Shown in pieces: positions 1-6,021 of a DNA stretch of 26,573 bases (position 1 is the stretch's first letter; each line of letters starts with the position of its first letter). The stretch comes from Gemmatimonadaceae bacterium (GTDB lineage Bacteria > Gemmatimonadota > Gemmatimonadetes > Gemmatimonadales > Gemmatimonadaceae). The translations under genes were made by a program, and so were the position numbers. The stretch spans positions 119,618 through 146,190 of the forward strand of contig JBBDYC010000001.1 in the NCBI GenBank assembly GCA_040901985.1. The letters run 5' to 3'. The notes beneath the pieces were generated by a model that ran no database searches, was not told the DNA's origin, and worked only from the letters and a program-made list of their open reading frames with translations.

Positions 1-666
1 GAGGTCGCGCACGTAGAGCTGGCCTTCGCGCCAGGCGAGCGACGCGTGGACCGGGCTCATGAAGACGTCGTCGCCGAAGCGGATCTCGCCGTCGGCACGG
101 CCGATGGTCGCCTCGACGCCGGTGAGGGTGACAGTCCGCGCGACCTGACCGGCGGAGTCGAGGATTGCGACCTTGGGCCCGGTCTGCGTGGCCTGCGCCG
201 AGAAGACGGCGGTCCCCGTCGGTGGCGTGAGGGGTGGCGCGCCGTCCATCGTGACGCGGGCGCCGCAGCGGGTGCAGAAGACGTCCACGCCCGGCTGGAC
301 CTTGTTTCCGCACGAGCCGCAGACGGCGGTGCTCCGGGAGGCGGCCGGGGCGGTGTCGGCCGCCACCCGGCCGCCGCACTTCGGGCAGAACGGGAGTGAC
401 GGATCCACCGGCGTCGAGCAGTAGCGGCAGGGGGTCGTCATTCCGGCCCCTCCGGCGCCACCCGTGGCGGCGGCCGCCGAGACGCGGGTGTTGGGGATGG
501 CGAAGGGTCCCTCTCCGCCACCCGGCCATCCGGCGCTGACCGGCACCCCCGATGACCCCGGGACCGGCATGACGCGCGCCCCGCCCACCACGACCGGCTT
601 CCCGCAGTCGAGGCAGAACTTGGATGCATCAGGGTTGTCATTTCCGCAGAAGTTGCAGCGGGTCAC
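1..666 (-). CDS. Zinc-ribbon plus FHA domain protein, 5' part (runs off the left edge; absent from the ORF track)
   Basis: Manual translation from GTG at 666 is open to base 1: MTRCNFCGNDNPDASKFCLDCG...CRYC...FCPKCG...CGSCG...FCTRCG (three CxxC-x-CxxC ribbons), then FHA motifs ATIGR, MSPVHA and LYVRDL. Confidence 0.85.
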   Translation of the reverse strand, partial: MTRCNFCGNDNPDASKFCLDCGKPVVVGGARVMPVPGSSGVPVSAGWPGGGEGPFAIPNTRVSAAAATGGAGGAGMTTPCRYCSTPVDPSLPFCPKCGGRVAADTAPAASRSTAVCGSCGNKVQPGVDVFCTRCGARVTMDGAPPLTPPTGTAVFSAQATQTGPKVAILDSAGQVARTVTLTGVEATIGRADGEIRFGDDVFMSPVHASLAWREGQLYVRDL

Positions 667-690
667 GGGGTTCCGGTCGGGGGATGCGCG

Positions 691-696
691 AATATA
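691..696 (-). promoter_or_regulatory. Putative -10 element (TATATT) for the zinc-ribbon/FHA gene
   Basis: TANNNT hexamer in an AT-rich patch about 25 nt upstream of the GTG start. Confidence 0.35.
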
Positions 697-762
697 CGAA
701 CCAGCCCAGAGGGAGGGGAGAGGCAGGTAATTAGGAGGGGTGCGGGGGCCGGGGGGGTGGAG

Positions 763-768
763 TAGTAT
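763..768 (+). promoter_or_regulatory. Putative -10 element (TAGTAT) giving a leaderless transcript at ATG 776
   Basis: TANNNT followed by 7 nt and then ATG. Confidence 0.4.
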
Positions 769-775
769 CACTGGC

Positions 776-2107
776 ATGATCGCACGGATGGCGCTGCGGG
801 CCGCGGTGAGGCGCGCGGGGAGGGTCGGCGTCCTCCTCGCAGGGCTGAGCGCGGCCCTCGGCGCGCAGGGGGGCGTCCGCGGAGTGGTCTTCGACTCGCT
901 CCTCACCGGGCGTCCGGTGGACGACGGGCTCGTCACCGTGGATGGGACGGCCGCCCGGGCGCGGACCGACGCACGCGGGCGGTTCGAGATAGACGGGCTG
1001 CCGGCGGGCAACTACATCGTCCGGTATCACGCGCTCTGGCTCGATTCGCTGTCGTTGCCGCCGCTGGTGGCGCGCGCCCAGGTGCGCACCGCACGCATCG
1101 TGCGCGTGGACCTCGCGTCGCCTTCGGTCGGTGCCTATCAACGCGCCGTCTGCGGGACCACGTTCTCCGTGGAGGAGGGGATTGTCCGCGGGGAGGTGCG
1201 CGACGCCGAGGGCGCGGTGCGCCCCGGCATCTTCGTCGGTGCCGTCTGGACCGAGGCCGTGCTGACGCCGCAGGGCCTTGGCGGCCGGCTCCGGGGCAGC
1301 ATTGATACGACCAACGTGTTCGGAATCTTTTCCCTCTGCGGCGTTCCGCGGGAGGCCGACTTCCACATCCGGGCCGGGAGCGACACCCTGGGCACCGGCG
1401 AACTGCTGGTCTCACTCGCGGGGCGACCGGTGACCCGGCGCGACATCGTGATCGGCACTCGCGACCTCACCGCGCGGGTGGCCGGGCGCGTGACGACGGC
1501 GGACGGCACGCCCATCACCTCGGTCGTGATCACCGTGTCCGGCGACTCGCTCCTCAGCGCCCGTGCCGACGAGGAGGGCCGCTTTGCCATCGCCGGCCTT
1601 CCGCGCCGCTCGGCCCAGCTCTTCGTCCGCTCGGTGGGATTCGTGCCGCGAATGGTCCCGCTCGACCCCGGGTCAGGGGAGGTCGAGGTCCCCGACATCG
1701 TCCTCGACCCGGTCCCGCAGGAACTCGACGCGGTGCGCGTCGAGGCGGCGCGATCGTTGGCCGAGCTCGAGTTCCTCGAGCGCCGACGCACCGGGACCGG
1801 GATTTTCCTCGATGAGGACGAGCTCCTGCGATTCCCAATGCTGTCGGCGAACGTCCTCTCGACTGTGGCTCCCGGCGTGCGGAGTTCGGGCGGGCGATCG
1901 CCGCGCATCGTGTTGCGGCGCGGGATCCAACCTTGCAACCCGCGCTTCTTCGTGGACGGCGTGGACTTCGGCATCCCGGTGGACGGGATGGAGGAGGCCG
2001 ACCTGCTTCGTCGGGCCAAGCGCGTCGAGATCCATTCGGCCGCCTTCATGCCGGCCCGCTACACGGACTTCAACGGCTGCGGTGTCGTCCTGATCTGGAC
2101 GCAGTGA
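776..2107 (+). CDS. Secreted protein with carboxypeptidase-regulatory-like repeats and a C-terminal TonB-plug-like domain
   Basis: Signal-peptide-like N-terminus (…LLAGLSAALGA-Q). Repeats VRGVVFD…ARTDARGRFEIDGLPAGNY and VAGRV…ADEEGRFAIAGLP. C-terminus CNPRFFVDG…VEIH…CGVVLIWT resembles a plug domain. Start is 776 or 788 rather than 740. Confidence 0.75.
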   Translation: MIARMALRAAVRRAGRVGVLLAGLSAALGAQGGVRGVVFDSLLTGRPVDDGLVTVDGTAARARTDARGRFEIDGLPAGNYIVRYHALWLDSLSLPPLVARAQVRTARIVRVDLASPSVGAYQRAVCGTTFSVEEGIVRGEVRDAEGAVRPGIFVGAVWTEAVLTPQGLGGRLRGSIDTTNVFGIFSLCGVPREADFHIRAGSDTLGTGELLVSLAGRPVTRRDIVIGTRDLTARVAGRVTTADGTPITSVVITVSGDSLLSARADEEGRFAIAGLPRRSAQLFVRSVGFVPRMVPLDPGSGEVEVPDIVLDPVPQELDAVRVEAARSLAELEFLERRRTGTGIFLDEDELLRFPMLSANVLSTVAPGVRSSGGRSPRIVLRRGIQPCNPRFFVDGVDFGIPVDGMEEADLLRRAKRVEIHSAAFMPARYTDFNGCGVVLIWTQ

Positions 2108-5040
2108 GACGGCGCGCCCTCGCGGGAGCGATGGTCCTCGCGCTGGCCTCGACGGCCGGCGCGCAGGTACGCCCCGACCTGCCCTGGCGGACGCTCGTGA
2201 CGGAGCACGTCCGGGTCCACTACACGCCGGAGCTCGAGCCGCTCGCGCTGCGCACGGCGGCCAACGCCGAGTGGGCTTGGGCGCGCCTCGCCGCCGAGCT
2301 CCCGCCGCCGCGCGGGACCGTGGACATCGTCGTCGCCGACAACGTGGACTTCGCCAACGGCTACGCGACGCCCTACCCGACGAACCGGATCGTGATCTAC
2401 GCACGCCCCCCGGTCGAGGAAATGTCGCTGCGGAACCACGTGGACTGGAACCGCACGGTGGTGACGCACGAGCTGGCACACATTTTCCAGCTCGACCGCG
2501 TGGCCGGCTGGTGGCGACTCGCGCAGCGCGTCTTCGGGCGGGCGGCGCCGTTCTTTCCGCACGCCTACGCGCCGACCTGGCTGCTCGAGGGCGTGGCGGT
2601 CCACTACGAGACGAAGCTCGCCGGGGGAGGCCGGCTCGCCGGCACGGAGTTTCCCGCCCACGCGCGCGCCATCGGGCTCGGCGACGCGCTGCCGGCGGTG
2701 GACGCAATCGTCACGCCGCGACCCTACTTCCCCGGCGGGACGACGCCGTACCTCTTTGGCTCGTTTCTCGTGGACGCGACGCTGCGACACGACCCCACCA
2801 TCGGCGACGACGAGGCAATGCGGCGCCTGCTCGACCGGATGAGCGGCCGGCTGCTCCCGCGGCGCCATAATGCCAATGCACGGGCGGCGGTCGGCGCGTC
2901 GTTCTCCGAGATCTACGCGGCGTGGCGCGACTCGGTCGTACGAGACGCCGCAGAGGCGGATCCCGCCGCCGCAGACGCCACGGAGGCCGCCGGAGTGCGG
3001 ACGTTGACAACGCACGCGTGGACGGCGCGCCATCCGCGATTTCTGCCCTCGGGCGAGTTGATCTACGTGGCGGACGATCGGCGCCGGTCGCCGGGCCTGT
3101 ATCATCTCGGGCCCGACGCGCGCCGTCGGCGGATCGGACGCCGCAACTCCGTTGACGCCAACTCGCCGTTCGAGGGCGCGCGCACCGTGCAGGGGGAGTT
3201 CGAGTTCACCGACCAGTACTCGCTGCACAGCGATCTCTTCTCGGGGCAGGGGGTCGCCCGTCGGCGCCTCACCCGCGGGCAGCGGCTCTCGCACCCCGAC
3301 GTGCATCAGGCCAGCGGTCGCATCGTCGCGGTCCAGACAATTCCCGGGGGCACCCAGCTCGTCACCCTCACGCGCGACGACGCGCTCGCCCGGCCGCTGA
3401 CGGTCGGCTCGCTCGACCGCGTCTGGAGCGAGCCGCGCTGGTCGCGCGACGGTACGCGGATCGCCGCCGCCCTCTGGGAGCGGGGCGGCCGGACCAGCAT
3501 CGTCGTGCTCGACGCCGAGGGGCGTGAGTTACGGCGATTCTCCCCGCGCGGGCCACGCTTGACCGTCGTCTCGTCGCCGGCCTGGGCCCCGGGGGACTCG
3601 ATGGTCGTGTTCGCGAGCGACCACGAGGGGCGGACGATGCTCTACCGCGGCGACGTGCGGAGCGGCGCGTATGCGCTGATCTGGGCGACCCGCACCGCGC
3701 TCAACACGCCGGACGTCAGCGCCGACGGCGCACGGATTGCTGCGGTGGAACTCCGCGCCGACGGGTATCGCGTCGTCACACGCGAGATGCCGGGCGCGGT
3801 GCCGTTGCACCTGCCCGACGCGGACGCCGAGCCGCTCCCACCGGTGGAGGAGTCGCCCCTCGTGACCGAGCCGGGTCGCACGACCTTCGTGGCGTCGGAG
3901 ACGGCGCGGCCCGCCTGGTGGCTCCCGGCGTCGGGTGTGGCCGACGACGGCACCGCCAGCATCGGCGCCATCGCCGGCGGGGTTGACGTCATCGGGCGCC
4001 ACCGCTGGGAGCTGGCCGTGTTGCGGAGTCTCGCGCATCCCGAGTTCTCCGGCGGTGCGTCCTACACGTATGCGGGACTGGGCAACCCGAGCCTTGCGTT
4101 CGGCCTGAGCCGCGACTGGGCGCACGCGCGGGTCGTCAGCGGCGGCGACTTCCTCGGCACGCTGGCGCTGCGGTCGGACGTGGTCAGTGCGACCCTCGTC
4201 GCGTCGCGGCCCCGGGTCCGGCGTTCCACGTACTTCGTGCTCGGCGGCGAGGTCGGATTCGAGCGGTACCGGACGTATCCCTGGAACCTGCTCAGCCGAT
4301 TTTCCGACCCGGCGTTCCAGGAGTTGCACGTGCTTCCGCGCGCCGTCACCGCGGTCGGCGTCAGCACACTGCAGCGGCCCGGGCTCTCGGTGAGCACCGA
4401 GGATGGCGTCGCCCTGAACGCGGTCCACCGCGCGCGGTTCCGCGAGGATCTCGCCGACGGGTTCGCCAACGAGGTGATCCTGACTGCCAACGCGGCCAAG
4501 TCCATTCCGCTGCCGGGTTTCGCCCGCCACGTTGTCGCGGCGCGGGCTGCGTTCGGGATGGTGGACGAGGACTCGCGCGCCGGAATCGGCATCGGGGGCG
4601 TAAGCGGATCGTCCATCGAGCTGTTGCCCGGCCTCTCGGTGGGCGGGTCCGCACGGACGTTTTTCATCCGCGGGTTCGAGGGCGGCGTGCAGTCGGGAGT
4701 CCGCGCCGCGACGGCGAGCGCCGAGTATCGCGCGCCGCTCTTCCGCGTGGGACGCGGGTTGGGATTCGTGCCGGCCTTCCTGCAGAAGACCTCCGCGCTC
4801 GCCTTTGCCGACGCCGGCGCCGCCTGGTGCGATCGCGCCGTGACCGGTTCGCCCGTCTGCGAGGATCCCATCGCGCCGCGGACTGTACTCGCCTCCGTGG
4901 GCGGCGAGCTCACGATTGACGCCGCGCTCCTCCAGGAGTCGCTCTATCGCTTCCGGATCGGCGTCGCGCGCCCGGTGCGCGGCACCGCGTTCGCCGCGCA
5001 GTCCGTGACCTACTACTTCACCCTCGGCAACACGTTCTGA
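2104..5040 (+). CDS. Outer-membrane protein: gluzincin-type peptidase domain, TolB/PD40-like propeller and Omp85/BamA-like barrel
   Basis: GTG start overlaps the previous stop (GTGA at 2104-2107). Signal peptide ends in AGA-Q. THELAH plus downstream WLLEG zinc ligands. PxWSxDG repeats. FFIRGF and SAEYR…FADAG barrel motifs. Terminal beta-signal YYFTLGNTF. Confidence 0.8.
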   Translation: MRRRALAGAMVLALASTAGAQVRPDLPWRTLVTEHVRVHYTPELEPLALRTAANAEWAWARLAAELPPPRGTVDIVVADNVDFANGYATPYPTNRIVIYARPPVEEMSLRNHVDWNRTVVTHELAHIFQLDRVAGWWRLAQRVFGRAAPFFPHAYAPTWLLEGVAVHYETKLAGGGRLAGTEFPAHARAIGLGDALPAVDAIVTPRPYFPGGTTPYLFGSFLVDATLRHDPTIGDDEAMRRLLDRMSGRLLPRRHNANARAAVGASFSEIYAAWRDSVVRDAAEADPAAADATEAAGVRTLTTHAWTARHPRFLPSGELIYVADDRRRSPGLYHLGPDARRRRIGRRNSVDANSPFEGARTVQGEFEFTDQYSLHSDLFSGQGVARRRLTRGQRLSHPDVHQASGRIVAVQTIPGGTQLVTLTRDDALARPLTVGSLDRVWSEPRWSRDGTRIAAALWERGGRTSIVVLDAEGRELRRFSPRGPRLTVVSSPAWAPGDSMVVFASDHEGRTMLYRGDVRSGAYALIWATRTALNTPDVSADGARIAAVELRADGYRVVTREMPGAVPLHLPDADAEPLPPVEESPLVTEPGRTTFVASETARPAWWLPASGVADDGTASIGAIAGGVDVIGRHRWELAVLRSLAHPEFSGGASYTYAGLGNPSLAFGLSRDWAHARVVSGGDFLGTLALRSDVVSATLVASRPRVRRSTYFVLGGEVGFERYRTYPWNLLSRFSDPAFQELHVLPRAVTAVGVSTLQRPGLSVSTEDGVALNAVHRARFREDLADGFANEVILTANAAKSIPLPGFARHVVAARAAFGMVDEDSRAGIGIGGVSGSSIELLPGLSVGGSARTFFIRGFEGGVQSGVRAATASAEYRAPLFRVGRGLGFVPAFLQKTSALAFADAGAAWCDRAVTGSPVCEDPIAPRTVLASVGGELTIDAALLQESLYRFRIGVARPVRGTAFAAQSVTYYFTLGNTF

Positions 5041-5567
5041 TGGCAGCCCCCGACCCTCCCGACGTGGCGCGCGGACTGGCGCGCGCGCCGCGCATTGCCA
5101 AGACCGCGTGGGTGCACGGCGCGGCGACGCTGATCGGCGACGTCACGCTCGGCGAGCAGGTGAGCGTCTGGCCCGGCGCCGTGCTGCGCGGCGACCGCGA
5201 CGCGATCGTCATTGGTGACGAGACCAACATCCAGGACGGGGCGGTGCTCCACTGCGACCCCGGACTGCCGTGTCGCGTCGGCGCTCGCGTGACCATCGGC
5301 GATCGCGCGGTCGTGCACGGGTGCACGGTCGAGGACGGCGCCCTGATCGGCATCGGCGCCGTGGTGCTGAATGGCGCGGTGGTCGGGGAGGGGAGCCTGG
5401 TCGCGGCCGGCGCGGTAGTGGGCGAGGGAATGGAGATTCCGCCGGGCAGCCTAGTCGTCGGCGTGCCGGCAAAGGTGCTGCGGCAGCTCAACGATGAGCA
5501 GCGTGCGCGGATCGAGAAGGGGTATCGCACGTATGTGGAGCTCAAGGAGCGGTACCGAGAGGCTTGA
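5040..5567 (+). CDS. Gamma-carbonic anhydrase / hexapeptide-repeat family protein (YrdA/PaaY-like)
   Basis: LIGDVTLG, VLRGD, NIQDGAVLH, VVHGC, LIGIGAVVLNGA and LVVGVPAK motifs. The second His ligand position reads TIGD rather than TIGH. TGATG overlap with the previous gene. Confidence 0.92.
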   Translation: MAAPDPPDVARGLARAPRIAKTAWVHGAATLIGDVTLGEQVSVWPGAVLRGDRDAIVIGDETNIQDGAVLHCDPGLPCRVGARVTIGDRAVVHGCTVEDGALIGIGAVVLNGAVVGEGSLVAAGAVVGEGMEIPPGSLVVGVPAKVLRQLNDEQRARIEKGYRTYVELKERYREA

Positions 5568-5594
5568 GCGGCGACGTCCGGACCGGCTGTTGCC

Positions 5595-5861
5595 CTTCGC
5601 ACACTCCCCCGTCTGAATAGTGATAGTGAGCAAGACTGGTGTCGGAGGCCCTGTTGGGGTAGGTTCCAATCCCCGGTGTACTCCTCCGGCGATCGTGGGT
5701 ATGGGAAGTACGCTAAGTCATTGATTAGTAAACATTTGCGCATTATACGAGTCGGGCATCCTAGTGTCGGGTCAATGTCGCTGTTGTGTTCCCGAGTAGC
5801 GACAGTGAAGTCATGGTGGATAAGCCGACACTCGTGACCGATTCGTGATGCACTTAGCATA
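5595..5861 (+). ncRNA. Candidate structured non-coding RNA or cis-element with two long hairpin domains
   Basis: Multiple nested inverted repeats whose non-Watson-Crick pairs are mostly G-U on the + strand (see findings). No Rfam family was recognised by eye. Confidence 0.4.
5815..5823 (-). promoter_or_regulatory. Possible DnaA box (TTATCCACC, 8/9 match)
   Basis: One mismatch to TTATCCACA, upstream of a ribonucleotide reductase gene. Confidence 0.3.
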
Positions 5862-5892
5862 ACTCGTTATCCCTTATGGTGTTACAGAATCC

Positions 5893-5920
5893 TTGCGCGG
5901 CCTCACGTGCGGGGTAGCTT
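5893..5920 (+). promoter_or_regulatory. Putative sigma70 promoter of nrdJ
   Basis: TTGCGC-N16-TAGCTT about 100 nt upstream of ATG 6022. GGAG ribosome-binding site at 6010-6013. Confidence 0.4.
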
Positions 5921-6021
5921 GGACGCCCTCGACCCGGAAGCCAAGATTGGCGCGGGATCTCCGCCCAAGTCCGCCATCCGCCAGTCAGCTCGGCCAAATA
6001 CCTTTTGTTGGAGAAGTAGAA

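Noticed and set aside
1933..2103. N-terminal extension of the Omp85-like ORF
   Set aside because: It overlaps the upstream gene, and the signal peptide begins at GTG 2104.
5655..5690. tRNA or tRNA fragment suggested by GGTTCCAATCC
   Set aside because: The T-stem pairs only 2 bp, and no D arm, anticodon arm or acceptor stem could be built.
5018..5860. 280-aa minus-strand ORF covering the intergenic region
   Set aside because: Mostly antisense to the gamma-CA gene, with no motifs and atypical codon usage.
5600..5860. Cobalamin riboswitch
   Set aside because: Only an isolated GGGAAG is present. The conserved CCCGCAACTGT/GCCACTG and B12-box elements were not found.
5735..5880. Chromosomal dif site (TTTGCGCATTA and ACTTAGCATAA resemble XerC arms)
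   Set aside because: No XerD arm (TTATGTTAAAT-like) at 6-bp spacing from either.
5568..6021. NrdR boxes
   Set aside because: Only half-site matches (TAGTGT, TTGTGT) were found, with no full 16-bp palindrome.
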